A stretch of 64,000 nt of DNA. It comes from a virus. This document shows positions 10,518 to 21,236 of the stretch, in pieces. Made by a program: the position numbers and the translations under genes. Where the stretch lies: positions 64,001-128,000 of the IMG/VR virus record IMGVR_UViG_3300009103_000004; one strand, given 5' to 3'. Each line of letters begins with the position of its first letter. Position 1 is the stretch's first letter. A model generated the notes under the pieces. It ran no database searches and was not told where the DNA came from. It saw only the letters and a list, made by a program, of their open reading frames with translations.

Positions 10518-11139
10518 ATTTATTGATGTCCTCAGAGTAAATGTCTGCCACAGCGGCTACGGAATCGGAGTCATAATATTCCGAGTAGCTCCCACGAGAT
10601 GTTTTGTTAGCGTGACCTAGTTTTAAATCTGGTAGTCCCAGTTTACTGGAAAGAAGAGAGTAATCCGTAGATAAGTCTTCAAGCTTGAAAACCGAATCAA
10701 CGAGAACGTTTCCGGAACTGTCGCAAACGTACTCATACTGAGGCTTCCTATGTATATGATTTTTGGCGTAGTCTAGGAATGCTATCTTCTTGCACCGGGA
10801 GTGCTTTCTTAGGAAGCGCCTGCACTCCTTTCTGATCCTTGTGACGCGAGGATCGCAATGGTGTGTTATCCACCTTCCCTTTATATTGAAATGAAACATT
10901 GAAACTAAGCGATCCCAAGGATTTCTTACTACCGCAAATGTAAAGTATTCGTTCCAAATGTCAGCACCATAGTGATCTATTATCTGCTCAGCAGTGGAAT
11001 GTCGCCATATATCACCCTTATTCTTTTTATCATCGGGGACGTAGTAATCCTTAGCACACCTCCTAATGCTTCTGTTTACAGAAACACTTCCGCACTTTCC
11101 TATGTTAACGTATATAAACTTATGTTTGTGACTAATCAT
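10495..11139 (-). CDS. Sulfotransferase family 2
   Basis: ISHKHKFIY..KCGS 5'-PSB loop and VRNPWDRLVS 3'-PB motif. Confidence 0.85.
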   Translation of the reverse strand: MISHKHKFIYVNIGKCGSVSVNRSIRRCAKDYYVPDDKKNKGDIWRHSTAEQIIDHYGADIWNEYFTFAVVRNPWDRLVSMFHFNIKGRWITHHCDPRVTRIRKECRRFLRKHSRCKKIAFLDYAKNHIHRKPQYEYVCDSSGNVLVDSVFKLEDLSTDYSLLSSKLGLPDLKLGHANKTSRGSYSEYYDSDSVAAVADIYSEDINKFGYEFLE

Positions 11140-11753
11140 TCTCCAAATTCATACCCAAAATACTCAATGTCTTTTGCGTATTTTTCCGCAACGATTTCAC
11201 GAGTTTCATCATCGTAGTATTCGGTGTAGTGTTTATGCGTTGATTTGTTGCGGTGTAGAAGTTCTTGTCGGGGTATTCCTATCTTGTCGCAAACAACGTT
11301 GAAGTCTTCTTGGAGATTTTCAAATCTTCCAACTAAGTCCACCTCACTCGACCAAGTTAGTTGCTCGGGTTCCCAGTACTTTCGATTTCTTAAAAAATCG
11401 CAAAAAGTATTACAACCCTCCAATGCTTTGGTATACATTTTGTAGCTTTCAATCCACACAGGATTAGTTGGGGGGTTTTCCTTCCAGTACTTCAACATTT
11501 TCTTGCGATAGGTATACTCACTAAAAACTTTAGCCCAAGAGTTTCTGACAAAACAAAAACTAAAATAACCAGCTATATCTAATTCTAAAGACCTGGTACT
11601 AAGAAGCTCATGCTTACCTGTGAATAATCTTCCCCTCCTAAGAACTGGGTGGTTACAAGGTTCCCCATAATTACCCAATACGGACTCTATGGAACTAGTA
11701 CCCGTCTTGGGAATAGCAACAAATACAAACCTATGCTTATGTGATATTATCAT
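11136..11753 (-). CDS. Sulfotransferase family 2
   Basis: IPKTGTSS, VRNSW, GRFENL, YTEYYD. Confidence 0.85.
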   Translation of the reverse strand: MIISHKHRFVFVAIPKTGTSSIESVLGNYGEPCNHPVLRRGRLFTGKHELLSTRSLELDIAGYFSFCFVRNSWAKVFSEYTYRKKMLKYWKENPPTNPVWIESYKMYTKALEGCNTFCDFLRNRKYWEPEQLTWSSEVDLVGRFENLQEDFNVVCDKIGIPRQELLHRNKSTHKHYTEYYDDETREIVAEKYAKDIEYFGYEFGE

Positions 11754-12364
11754 AACTTTTCGTAAATTAAATCCATGTGTCCTTTGGCAATCCCTTTTGT
11801 GAAAAGTTTGTGCTTATTTAAGAAAGCATTTAGTTCGTCAAATAGAACTCCACCTGTATAATAGATTGCCTTCACAGATACTTCTGTGTGCAGCCAATCA
11901 ATTTTATATATATGGTCATCAAAACTTTTTAAAACTTCAAGCTCTGCGCCTTGCACATCTAAAAATACATCATACTCTTCAATATTTAAATTGAGAGAAG
12001 ATATTATACTAGACATTCTTGTTGACTGTAATTTTATTGACCCTTTGTAGCCTAATTTTTTTTCGTGCTTTTTGCGCATCTCAAATATACTAGAAGAAGC
12101 CAGCATATTGTCTGTGCTGTATAACTTAAAATCGTATGTCTCCGATTCTTTATTGGTCACTAATGCTTGTAGTGCTTGAAAATTATTTCCGTTTGATTCG
12201 TTTACTTGATTTAAATTTTTCTGTAACTCTTTAAAAACTTCGGGAATCGGCTCGATGAATAAACCTTCTTTGTATTTGTCTTTGTACTCAGGACGCTTAC
12301 CAGTAGGAAGCATTTCACGCATATCATTTGCGCCTATGAACAAAATTTTCTTTTTATTTTTCAT
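11750..12364 (-). CDS. FkbM-family methyltransferase
   Basis: FIGAN, IEP and LDVQGAELEVL. Confidence 0.8.
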   Translation of the reverse strand: MKNKKKILFIGANDMREMLPTGKRPEYKDKYKEGLFIEPIPEVFKELQKNLNQVNESNGNNFQALQALVTNKESETYDFKLYSTDNMLASSSIFEMRKKHEKKLGYKGSIKLQSTRMSSIISSLNLNIEEYDVFLDVQGAELEVLKSFDDHIYKIDWLHTEVSVKAIYYTGGVLFDELNAFLNKHKLFTKGIAKGHMDLIYEKL

Positions 12365-12372
12365 TAAGACCT

Positions 12373-13032
12373 TTAATAGACAATATTTCGCCAGTCTAGA
12401 GTTTTAGAAACAACTCCAAAACCGGCTCCGTAATTTGACAAATTTTCAGACTGAAGTTTTTCGACGTAATCCATATCCACTAAATCTGGGTGTACGTACC
12501 AATCTTCATAAACCCACTTTGGGTGCTTGTTGGTAATGTCCCCAAATACTAAGTAGTATCCTCTATCTTCTAGTATTTCCCTAGATTCATTTCTTGGGCC
12601 TGCATCTTTACCGTGGCAGTAATCATGCTCAAATGTTACAGTGGCAAACTTGTAGTCACCCATAACTTGCCCATCCAGAGCTTTAAGCACATTTAAAGTT
12701 TTTCTGGGGGGTTCAATATCTAATTGTAAGTAGTCTATGTTTTGAGGGGCGTTATATGTATTAAATATTTCTCGGTAGTTGTGTTGTTGAGCATCACCAA
12801 ATACGTAGTTACTATTAGGCCTGTGCTTCTTATACAACCTTTCATATTTTTTTCGCTTAAACTCAAACATTATACCTGTCCAATTTAAACTAGATTCTAA
12901 TAAGTAAGTATTATTTATACGTATTGGGGTATGCGACCCCACCTCAATAAAGAAGCCATCGGTTTTATTTTTTAGAATCTTGCAGACAAATTTATCTTGT
13001 TCTGCTTGCCCATTATATTTTACAGGTTTCAT
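12373..13032 (-). CDS. FkbM-like methyltransferase
   Basis: GQAEQD, FFIEVG, NNTY.LE..W.G, IDYLQLDIE, TFEHD, EDWY. Confidence 0.75.
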   Translation of the reverse strand: MKPVKYNGQAEQDKFVCKILKNKTDGFFIEVGSHTPIRINNTYLLESSLNWTGIMFEFKRKKYERLYKKHRPNSNYVFGDAQQHNYREIFNTYNAPQNIDYLQLDIEPPRKTLNVLKALDGQVMGDYKFATVTFEHDYCHGKDAGPRNESREILEDRGYYLVFGDITNKHPKWVYEDWYVHPDLVDMDYVEKLQSENLSNYGAGFGVVSKTLDWRNIVY

Positions 13033-13034
13033 TA

Positions 13035-13787
13035 TTAATCTTCAAATTGATAACCGAAGTATTCTATATCCTTAGCGTAGCGTTTTGCTACAATTTCTCT
13101 AGTTTCATCATTGTAGTACTCTGTGTAATGCTTACCCTTTGCTTTGTTCACATGCGGTAGTTCCAAATCGGCACCTATACGTTCACAGACCTTTGGCCAT
13201 TCTTCCTTAAGGTTTTCCATCTTAATGATCATGTCCATACAATCTTGCCGTGTCTCGTCGACAATAAACGTTATCTGGCTAACGCCATGCCACTTCACCC
13301 ACGCGTAATCGGAACCTAACCATTTGTAGCCGTGACAGTTTCCTGGCTCAGAAAGACTTTTGACAAAGCCCTCAAAAGTGTCGCCGTGCTTGTCGTGAAA
13401 CTCTTTAAGAAATTCTCTACGAGTACGTAACCATTTTTCAGAGGATGCACTGTCGGGGTTCTCGACTACGGAGTCGGTAGTAGCGATCTGTATGTCGTAT
13501 TTGTAAGAAGACACGAGTCTAGACCAGGGGTTACGCACTATAGCAAACTTGAAGTACTCATCCCAGCACTCTGCATATGACGGATCATTATGAGGAGAAG
13601 GATATATCTTAGGTATCGGGTACTCCCGACCAATTTGATTCTTATGCCAATATCCCTTGTTAACCCAAGCGGGATCGTGCTTACCCTTACCCTTTATATG
13701 CTTGATATACCCAAACGCTCGCTCTACCGAAGAGCCTGCGTTCTTCGGAATGTGTATAAAAATGCATTTATGTTTATGGCTTATCAT
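13035..13787 (-). CDS. Sulfotransferase family 2
   Basis: HIPKNAGSS and VRNPWSRLVS. Confidence 0.88.
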   Translation of the reverse strand: MISHKHKCIFIHIPKNAGSSVERAFGYIKHIKGKGKHDPAWVNKGYWHKNQIGREYPIPKIYPSPHNDPSYAECWDEYFKFAIVRNPWSRLVSSYKYDIQIATTDSVVENPDSASSEKWLRTRREFLKEFHDKHGDTFEGFVKSLSEPGNCHGYKWLGSDYAWVKWHGVSQITFIVDETRQDCMDMIIKMENLKEEWPKVCERIGADLELPHVNKAKGKHYTEYYNDETREIVAKRYAKDIEYFGYQFED

Positions 13788-14530
13788 GTTTGGTTGGTAT
13801 TCCTAAGATGATTAGTATAACCTGACCGAAGTAGCGTCCTGTATTTATCGTCAGCTTCTTTCCCGTGTATACTTTTGGGAAAGGTATTAAAGTCAGGAGG
13901 GTCCTGTAGATCCCATATTACGTTATTAGGATTGATACTAGCTGCCAGCCAACTAAAGGAACGGTAACCAACTAAAAAATTCTTTGCAGTGGCAAGAGCA
14001 CAAAAGTCATCATCCACAGAATTTGAAACAAGCTCGCACTTCATGCCGAGGCCTTCCAGTGCAGTTACGAGCTCATCCAAGTAACGCTTTGAAGCAGAAG
14101 CCATCAGATTCGTATGGTTGCCGTGAAATATGCAACAACGATCAAAGCTCTCAGACAGTCCGTTGGAACTTATTATAAAAGCATATTCTTCAGGAGAGGG
14201 TGGCTTTTCTGTAGGTATCTTAAATACATCTCCAACTCGAACGTGTAAAGCCAGGGCATCATCCGGTACAGTCTCAAAAGTTCTTGAGCTAACTATACCT
14301 GATAAAAGGTCAAAGTCTAATTTCGTAAAAGAAGGCATAAGACCCCATGCGCTTTCCTGTAGTGGTAAGTCGACGCTAGACAGATATCTGTGCACTATAG
14401 AATCCTCAGGATGTAATAACCCTTTGGGATTCAAAGTTATTATCATATCCCCAAGGTTATATATGCTAAGCCACTTCTTCTGACCTTTGCTAAGTTTACG
14501 TGATCCCATTATATATATTTCTTCATACAA
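13784..14530 (-). CDS. Fucosyltransferase-like (GT11-like)
   Basis: LHVRVGD, DDDF..L..A and SFSW motifs. Confidence 0.6.
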   Translation of the reverse strand: MYEEIYIMGSRKLSKGQKKWLSIYNLGDMIITLNPKGLLHPEDSIVHRYLSSVDLPLQESAWGLMPSFTKLDFDLLSGIVSSRTFETVPDDALALHVRVGDVFKIPTEKPPSPEEYAFIISSNGLSESFDRCCIFHGNHTNLMASASKRYLDELVTALEGLGMKCELVSNSVDDDFCALATAKNFLVGYRSFSWLAASINPNNVIWDLQDPPDFNTFPKSIHGKEADDKYRTLLRSGYTNHLRNTNQT

Positions 14531-15468
14531 TCATCTATTTTAGAAAAATCTGGGTACCCTAGATGTTTATAATATCTTTGATGCAGGGACAGTCCTATCC
14601 TTTTACCTTTAAGTGTTAGTCCTACTAAAGGAGATGGGGCACCTCTATAATGATTTATGTAAGCCAGATTAGGATCGCATACGACACTATGCGTATCCTT
14701 ATCTGCACAACCAGCATTATGTATAGATATGATGACAGGACTCTTTGCTAAAGTTTTATACATACCTTTAACCATTACCCATTTCTTCTTCTTTGTTTTT
14801 TTTGTCGGGTGATTAAATGTATCATAAGCGTATTCATGCATACTTCGTACTGGCACACCTGGTTTTCGAGATGGGCGAACTCGCTGATGAAGACGAAGGG
14901 CACCTAGTTTACCTTCTAGATTATGTTCGGATAACAAATCACCAATAGTGTCAGCCTCCATCCAAATAAACTCATCTGGGTCTATCAACATCCACCAGTC
15001 GGAATCATTATTCTCAATAGCGTCTTTATAAATAGATAATTGGGCATTGCTATTAACCTGACGTTTTCTAGAAACTCCCCAATTTTTGGACTCCAGCCGA
15101 TATGGCTTGTGCCAAGGTTTTAAATGAACTCCAGGGTATTTGGATGCGATGCTACGTAACCGTTCCATATTATCTTCATAAGAAGCATCAGATATGTGAG
15201 CCCCGGGCTTCATTTTCCACGCCTTGCCATCTTCCCTATCACCCTCAAACCAATCCGCAAAGTCCTTCTTACGAACTGATTCCTCTTTATACGAGTCGCA
15301 TAGTTCAACATCCCTAGAAGAATCGATTAAACGCTTATCTATAGACTTAGGGCCGTTCTCATAAATATGTATATCCGTGAAGCCGATTGACAAGTTGTGG
15401 TCGATCCACTCTTCTATAAAATCAATCTCCAAGCTAGGAAGTATAACAGTGGCTATAGAATATTTCAT
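14509..15468 (-). CDS. GT92/GT2_4-like glycosyltransferase
   Basis: IEEWIDHN..IGF..I.IYEN, IDPDEF, INHY. Confidence 0.75.
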   Translation of the reverse strand: MKYSIATVILPSLEIDFIEEWIDHNLSIGFTDIHIYENGPKSIDKRLIDSSRDVELCDSYKEESVRKKDFADWFEGDREDGKAWKMKPGAHISDASYEDNMERLRSIASKYPGVHLKPWHKPYRLESKNWGVSRKRQVNSNAQLSIYKDAIENNDSDWWMLIDPDEFIWMEADTIGDLLSEHNLEGKLGALRLHQRVRPSRKPGVPVRSMHEYAYDTFNHPTKKTKKKKWVMVKGMYKTLAKSPVIISIHNAGCADKDTHSVVCDPNLAYINHYRGAPSPLVGLTLKGKRIGLSLHQRYYKHLGYPDFSKIDDCMKKYI

Positions 15469-16118
15469 TTGTTAAAACCCCAGCCAAACATGTCAGTGTC
15501 CTCACAATAGACTTTGCCAACTGTATCCACCAAGTCCCCTGTATAGTGTTCAGAACAAGAACCGTGCTTAGTTGTATTCTTTTTGGGTAGTAGAGAAACG
15601 TTAGGAGCTTCAAGGTAGTCGCAAAGCAAAGGTAGCATGGCGGTAATATCAGAAATATCGAACAAAAGTCCTACATCAGATTCAAACACGTTCTGGTAAG
15701 CAGTAATAATAGTAGAAGCTGGAATAACATGCCAAGCATCTCGCTCTCTACCCCCTTTACTACCGCCCACGTAATCCTTTACAAATTCCTCAAACGATAA
15801 GCCCTTTAGTGGGCTATACTGCTTGGGCGAATTGTTTAGCATTGTCCAGTAAGACAATATCCGCTCCCAGGGATTCCTTAATATTGCGAACGACTTAAAA
15901 CTGGAATCCACTCCAGCGTCCTGTAAAACCCTAAAATAGTTCTTATAGCCATCCAGCATCCACGCAGCATACCGCCTATCCACATTCTTCATCTTTTTAA
16001 ACGCAGGTAAGTCCTTAACCTCCAGAGAGTTGTCAGAAAAGAGTCGAGACTTCTTTATGGACGTACCGGCACACTTTGGTATGTGTATAAATAAAATCTT
16101 TCTATCAAAATCAATCAC
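15465..16118 (-). CDS. Sulfotransferase family 2
   Basis: HIPKCAGTS and LRNPWERILS. Confidence 0.88.
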   Translation of the reverse strand: MIDFDRKILFIHIPKCAGTSIKKSRLFSDNSLEVKDLPAFKKMKNVDRRYAAWMLDGYKNYFRVLQDAGVDSSFKSFAILRNPWERILSYWTMLNNSPKQYSPLKGLSFEEFVKDYVGGSKGGRERDAWHVIPASTIITAYQNVFESDVGLLFDISDITAMLPLLCDYLEAPNVSLLPKKNTTKHGSCSEHYTGDLVDTVGKVYCEDTDMFGWGFNK

Positions 16119-16124
16119 GACATT

Positions 16125-17141
16125 CTAAAAATTACGAAGCTTGGTCATAACTTGTTTTATAGCCATCCACATGTCTAAATACTTATAAGTAGCCAGCCGC
16201 CCCAGGAACAACACATTGTTCTGTGATTGAGCTATCTTCTTGTACTTGCTATATATGTACCGGCCCTCACCGAAGTTCATTGGGTATATGGCGAGGTTCT
16301 TTCCAGGTATATGTTGTTGGGGATAGTCCCTGGTTATCACTGTTTCTGGACCTTGCTCGTTCAAGTATACGCTATTGTCTGAAGTACGATTGTACGGAGC
16401 GTCTCCACATTCATTCAATATAGCACCCTTATCCCAGTTAAACTCTGCCTCATCCTTGGTGACGACAGTGTGCTCGAACCTAAGGGATCTGTACGGAAGG
16501 TGACCATGAGCGTGGTCGCAATAATCATCCACCTTGCCTGTGTATATGAGTTTGTCACAACTGTACATGCCATCCATCCACCGCTTCCATTCGTCGGGGC
16601 CAACGCCAAGATTAACCTCAATACCGGACAACATGTTGTTCATCATATCAGTATACCCACGAACAGGTATGCCTTGGTGCTTATCTGTAAAATATCTATC
16701 GTCCCAATCGTCGCGCTTGCCAGGGACACGGTTGGTTATGGAGCTGGGGAGGTCACACCAAGGTACGCCCCAGTGGCGCTCCGAGTACTTGGTGAAAACA
16801 AGATCCCTTATTTCTTCAGGAGTGAGTGATCTGCCGAGCTGCTCTTCAGTCTTCTTATTGTAGGGTATACTGATCCTCCCTAGATCAGTGTTGGCCTCTA
16901 CACGATGCGTATATCCGTTAAACGAAGTATACCTATTTACAAACTCCCAGACCTCATCGTCATTCGTGTGGAATATATGCGGGCCGTATTGGTGTACGGT
17001 TACATTGTTAAGCAAGCCATCAAAACAGTTGCCCCCGATATGACGCCTAGTGTCAAATACCTCTACAGAGTGTCCCTTGTCCCGCAAAAGTATTGCAGAG
17101 ACAATCCCGGATAGTCCGCAACCAACAATGTTGATTTTCAT
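16125..17141 (-). CDS. glf: UDP-galactopyranose mutase
   Basis: GCGLSG, IGGNC, YGPHIFHT, LPYRSL, GRLATYKYLDM. Confidence 0.95.
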   Translation of the reverse strand: MKINIVGCGLSGIVSAILLRDKGHSVEVFDTRRHIGGNCFDGLLNNVTVHQYGPHIFHTNDDEVWEFVNRYTSFNGYTHRVEANTDLGRISIPYNKKTEEQLGRSLTPEEIRDLVFTKYSERHWGVPWCDLPSSITNRVPGKRDDWDDRYFTDKHQGIPVRGYTDMMNNMLSGIEVNLGVGPDEWKRWMDGMYSCDKLIYTGKVDDYCDHAHGHLPYRSLRFEHTVVTKDEAEFNWDKGAILNECGDAPYNRTSDNSVYLNEQGPETVITRDYPQQHIPGKNLAIYPMNFGEGRYIYSKYKKIAQSQNNVLFLGRLATYKYLDMWMAIKQVMTKLRNF

Positions 17142-17932
17142 CCAGACTTACTACTAAACGGCAACTCATTTAGCAAGTCTTTAGGGCCATATATAACTGG
17201 TGATTGTTTCAACTTACTGCGTTTCCTGACCCTACCCGAGAAGGCCCTGAAGAGTTCAGCCCAAGAACTGTTTCTATACTTGGGAGTGCGTATGTAGTTA
17301 AGGAATACGGCGGTCATCAAACCTTGCCTGCGCCTGCGGTACACAACCTCATATGCCACGCCACCAGAGTTGCAAGCAGCCAGCAAAATGTGACGCTGAG
17401 TTTCAGGATCCTTCTGCTTCCTGCCTAGCTTGCGTACGGCAACACCATCGCCTAGCTCACTTATCTTGTCACGTATAGGCTCGGGGTGAAAATCCGTTTT
17501 GTTATCCTCATCAGTCATGGTGCCGCTATGGCATGCATCTATTATAAGCGTAACCCCAACACCTCTGTTGTGACCCCACAAGCATTGCTTTATATCATCA
17601 TCAGTAAGCGCATCATCCCAATCGTGGTCATAAGTTATAAGGCATTCGTCTAAAAAGTCCGCCTCGTCATCGTCCTTATCAGGTACTTGACCGCCGTGAC
17701 CACTAAAGTAGAACAGTACATGGTCGCCACTAGTTGAAGTGTTTATAAGAGTTTTAAGTGCAATCAGTATATTTAACTTTGTAGCTTTTTCATTAAGTAG
17801 CATTTGTATGTCGTTAAACTTGAACCTGTTAGAACATACACGAGCTACCTTAGACGCATCATTCATACAGCCTCTAAGGTTTTTTCTTGAATCCGCATAT
17901 CTGTTTATACCAACTATTAGTGCTCTATTCAT
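17138..17932 (-). CDS. Metacaspase (peptidase C14)
   Basis: RALIVGIN, LRGC.ND, FSGHG (catalytic His) and DACHSG (catalytic Cys). Confidence 0.92.
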   Translation of the reverse strand: MNRALIVGINRYADSRKNLRGCMNDASKVARVCSNRFKFNDIQMLLNEKATKLNILIALKTLINTSTSGDHVLFYFSGHGGQVPDKDDDEADFLDECLITYDHDWDDALTDDDIKQCLWGHNRGVGVTLIIDACHSGTMTDEDNKTDFHPEPIRDKISELGDGVAVRKLGRKQKDPETQRHILLAACNSGGVAYEVVYRRRRQGLMTAVFLNYIRTPKYRNSSWAELFRAFSGRVRKRSKLKQSPVIYGPKDLLNELPFSSKSG

Positions 17933-17980
17933 ATTATTTATCTATTTTAGAGAATCTGTACCAACTAGCCAAGCTCATCT

Positions 17981-18838
17981 TTACCACCCCCTGCTAAGCA
18001 AAGTGCCATGCTCGCCATGCTTGATGACACAATGGCCAGCATAAGAAGAATCGTGTTCCTTGAGATCAGAACACGCAAAACCCTTATAGTCTAAATATGT
18101 TGGAACCAAAGACTCACAATAACCACGTATACCAGACCTGTGACCTGACACTAAAGTTTTAACAGCATCATTACTCAATCTAAACACAGCAAAATGGCAG
18201 CCATAATTGTTAAGAGGATCGAAACCAGAAACAATCTCCCACCAGGGCCACCAAGAACCACCCCCGCCTTTCACACTAAGATTGTACGCCAGAAAGCCAT
18301 CATCCACTGAGTCGTAAGCAAGAAGATACTTAGCAAAGTCACCGCTAGGCCAAGAGTCATACTCTATGTTCCAGTAGTATGCTGCGCTAGAATCGGAACG
18401 AAGATAGTAATCTAGTGTGCCGAACTCGCCATTGAACCATAGCGGGTTTCCTTTGAGGAACCGTTCGGTTTTGTCGCCTGGTGTGATGGGGTAATTAAAG
18501 TTGGGACACTTATTGGTTACGAACCCGTTTGCTATAATGTCCTTAACAGTAAAATCGTGAACAGCAAAAGCCAAAGGATCTCCCAAATTATCGGACGCAT
18601 TATCATACAATATTACAAGCTCGTAATCATATTTGCGAGTACTAATACCGTTATATTCGGATATCCCTTTTTGCAAGCGTGCTAAAACACTTTGTTGTGA
18701 TATGCCCTTGGTACGGCTCGTATCGTCCGTAAAAGGCCAAACATGTGTTCTGTAAAGTAGCTTACAAGTTGGTAGTTGTTTCTTTACTGACACTGGGATC
18801 AATCCAAGTGTTTCCAGTCTCAGGGCCAAACTCCGCAA
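17981..18838 (-). CDS. Hypothetical protein, possibly glycosyltransferase-like; start uncertain
   Basis: YYWNIEYD and GYCE segments; context in glycan cluster. Confidence 0.45.
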   Translation of the reverse strand: MRSLALRLETLGLIPVSVKKQLPTCKLLYRTHVWPFTDDTSRTKGISQQSVLARLQKGISEYNGISTRKYDYELVILYDNASDNLGDPLAFAVHDFTVKDIIANGFVTNKCPNFNYPITPGDKTERFLKGNPLWFNGEFGTLDYYLRSDSSAAYYWNIEYDSWPSGDFAKYLLAYDSVDDGFLAYNLSVKGGGGSWWPWWEIVSGFDPLNNYGCHFAVFRLSNDAVKTLVSGHRSGIRGYCESLVPTYLDYKGFACSDLKEHDSSYAGHCVIKHGEHGTLLSRGW

Positions 18839-19001
18839 CTAGTATCTCATCTAACTCAGCGTCAACACTAGCTTGGTGCTTGTGCTCATAACCGGCTTTA
18901 AACATCTCAGAAGCAACCGAAACATTTTCAGCGTTGTAATACATATAGTGCTCTTTCAAGCAAGTCTCGCCCTTATTTTTATATCGTATCTTATATAGCA
19001 T
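18762..19001 (-). CDS. Hypothetical protein
   Basis: 79-aa ORF abutting the upstream gene. Confidence 0.5.
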   Translation of the reverse strand: MLYKIRYKNKGETCLKEHYMYYNAENVSVASEMFKAGYEHKHQASVDAELDEILVAEFGPETGNTWIDPSVSKETTTNL

Positions 19002-19004
19002 AGT

Positions 19005-19652
19005 TTATCTGTTTATTTTATTGGGATTAAAGATATACGACCAAGCTCTTTCTAAAAAATGACCTTCTTCTGGATCGCGTTCATTACTTACGGTTGTTAG
19101 TAACTTTCTATAATATTTTTTCGAATGTGACAACACATATTTCTTTGAAACTGAGAAACATGCACCAAAAGAACATCTAAATTCATCTTTGTCAGGAACT
19201 TCCAAATTTAAATATTTTTCCCACCATTTTTTAAAAGTTAACTCCGACCTAGTGAAGTTTTTCCATTTTAACATTCTTGGTATATGATCCCAGTTAGTAT
19301 ACCTGTTGCTTGATTCGTTACTATCAAGTTTCATGGAAGCAGATGGCTTGTCCGTATCTATGTCTAAGTATAAATCCCACCTGTAGCCGTAACCATGTGG
19401 TCTCGGCTCGCCCTGAACAAATACAGTTATATCTGACAGAGTATCATAGTTATTAACTATATGTGTAAGATACGTATGTGATTCCCTACCTATGTTAGGC
19501 ATGCGTTTTATCTTATCTATACGCTCCAATATCTCTGGGCGTATAGCGCGCCTGTCTTTAGAGTAAACAGTTACCTTAACATCGTCAGGGACATCCAGTA
19601 CCCATTTCAGATCTTCCTTATACCTAGCTACTACAATTTCTTTTGTTATCAT
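19005..19652 (-). CDS. DUF3431-family protein
   Basis: VVARY.E...W, PNIGRESHTYL.HI..NYD.L and LERAW..IF. Confidence 0.8.
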   Translation of the reverse strand: MITKEIVVARYKEDLKWVLDVPDDVKVTVYSKDRRAIRPEILERIDKIKRMPNIGRESHTYLTHIVNNYDTLSDITVFVQGEPRPHGYGYRWDLYLDIDTDKPSASMKLDSNESSNRYTNWDHIPRMLKWKNFTRSELTFKKWWEKYLNLEVPDKDEFRCSFGACFSVSKKYVLSHSKKYYRKLLTTVSNERDPEEGHFLERAWSYIFNPNKINR

Positions 19653-20272
19653 TAACTAAATGAGTAATCAAATTTCTCACAATCAATTTTAAAGACATCA
19701 CCTATAATGTCCCGTGTTTCAGAATCATAGTAAGAAGAATATTTACCACGGTCGCCAGTATTAAGGCGGCGCAAAGTATTTTGCTTATCCGGCATATCCA
19801 ACTTTCTACATACCTTGTTAAAGTCAGTAAGTAATTGCTCAAAACGTCCTATGAAGTCAACTAGTATATTACCTGAATCATCGGTAAGCCACAGATATTG
19901 AGGACTAAGCTCGAGAGTAGAGTCCAAACCAGAATGCCCGAGAGTAGTGTTTGGATCATTATTAACCCATTGAACGAATCGAACCCAATCTGAAAAAAGG
20001 GTTGTACCGAACATGTTGGTGCATTGTTGCAGGAGTTTCTTGTGCGCGGGCCCATTAGATCGCAAACACATTGTATGGAATGATACCATACGGTCCCACG
20101 GATTCCTGACAAAAGCGAAAGCGAAGTAGTCCTCGTATGACGCACCCAACAAGGTCTTATATTGCAGGGCGGTAAGGTGGCGATCCCTCCTATTAAATAA
20201 AGTACGCGTTATAGATGTTCCTGCACACTTTGGAATGTGTACATGGATACACTTGTACTTGTTAGATATCAC
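19652..20272 (-). CDS. Sulfotransferase family 2
   Basis: HIPKCAGTS and VRNPWDRMVS; likely GTG start at 20272. Confidence 0.88.
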   Translation of the reverse strand: MISNKYKCIHVHIPKCAGTSITRTLFNRRDRHLTALQYKTLLGASYEDYFAFAFVRNPWDRMVSFHTMCLRSNGPAHKKLLQQCTNMFGTTLFSDWVRFVQWVNNDPNTTLGHSGLDSTLELSPQYLWLTDDSGNILVDFIGRFEQLLTDFNKVCRKLDMPDKQNTLRRLNTGDRGKYSSYYDSETRDIIGDVFKIDCEKFDYSFS

Positions 20273-21186
20273 AAACCAATGCTTTCCTTCCAACCAGGAA
20301 CCCAGTCCTCTAGGTTCATAGTCGGTGCCCAGCCCAGTACGTCACGTATCTTATTGTTGTCAGCAAGTGTCTCCCTAGGCTCTATGACAGGGTCCAGCTG
20401 AACTCGGTCACCACCGATAAGATCCGCCAAGTCGTTTACAGACCTGTTATCACAGTTACCTACGTTGAATACTTCACCACCACCAATCTTACTAGATTCA
20501 GATGCAAGGATGTTAGCACGTACGACATCACGTACGTAAGTGAAATCTCTACGCTGCTCACCATCACCGTTAATAGTCAGTGGCTTGCCTTGCAACCTCT
20601 GATCAGCAAAAATGCCCATAACCAGTGCGTATGCTCCAGTAAGAGGCTGTCTCTCACCGTAAACGTTAAAATACCTGAGGCAGACTGTAGGCAGAGAATA
20701 AACATCAGAGAATAGCTTACAGTAAATCTCGCCTATGAGCTTTTGCGCTGCATATGGGCTTAGGGGGTTTGTAGGGTGTTCCTCATCAGATGGTAAATAC
20801 TCAGGCTCTCCTAGTACCGAAGATGACGAGCTGAAGACGAAACGGTTGACATTGTAATCGCTACATAGCTTTAGCATGCGCAGAGTACCGCCAACATTTA
20901 CTGAGTCAAACCCAACGGGATCTTCTATAGAAGGCTGCACACGAGCCTTGGCGGCAAGATGAAACATAGTGTCAACACCACCGTCCAGCTCAGATATAAT
21001 AGCAGCTTCGGAACACTCCTGGCTTATATCGACTATAAGCAACTTTGACTTCGTGTTTACATTCTTATATACGCCGGTGGACATATCATCTACCACCAGA
21101 ACCTCGTCACCCTGTGATATGAGCTCGTCAACAAGATTGCTGCCAATGAAACCCGCACCACCTACTACTATATGTTTTTTACTCAT
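20269..21186 (-). CDS. NAD-dependent nucleotide-sugar epimerase/dehydratase
   Basis: GGAGFIG, YAAQK (YxxxK), LRYFNVYG, RDFTYV. Confidence 0.92.
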   Translation of the reverse strand: MSKKHIVVGGAGFIGSNLVDELISQGDEVLVVDDMSTGVYKNVNTKSKLLIVDISQECSEAAIISELDGGVDTMFHLAAKARVQPSIEDPVGFDSVNVGGTLRMLKLCSDYNVNRFVFSSSSSVLGEPEYLPSDEEHPTNPLSPYAAQKLIGEIYCKLFSDVYSLPTVCLRYFNVYGERQPLTGAYALVMGIFADQRLQGKPLTINGDGEQRRDFTYVRDVVRANILASESSKIGGGEVFNVGNCDNRSVNDLADLIGGDRVQLDPVIEPRETLADNNKIRDVLGWAPTMNLEDWVPGWKESIGL

Positions 21187-21236
21187 GAGTACTGTTAATA
21201 CTTAATCTTCGTTATTTGTAAACAGAAATGTTCTTC

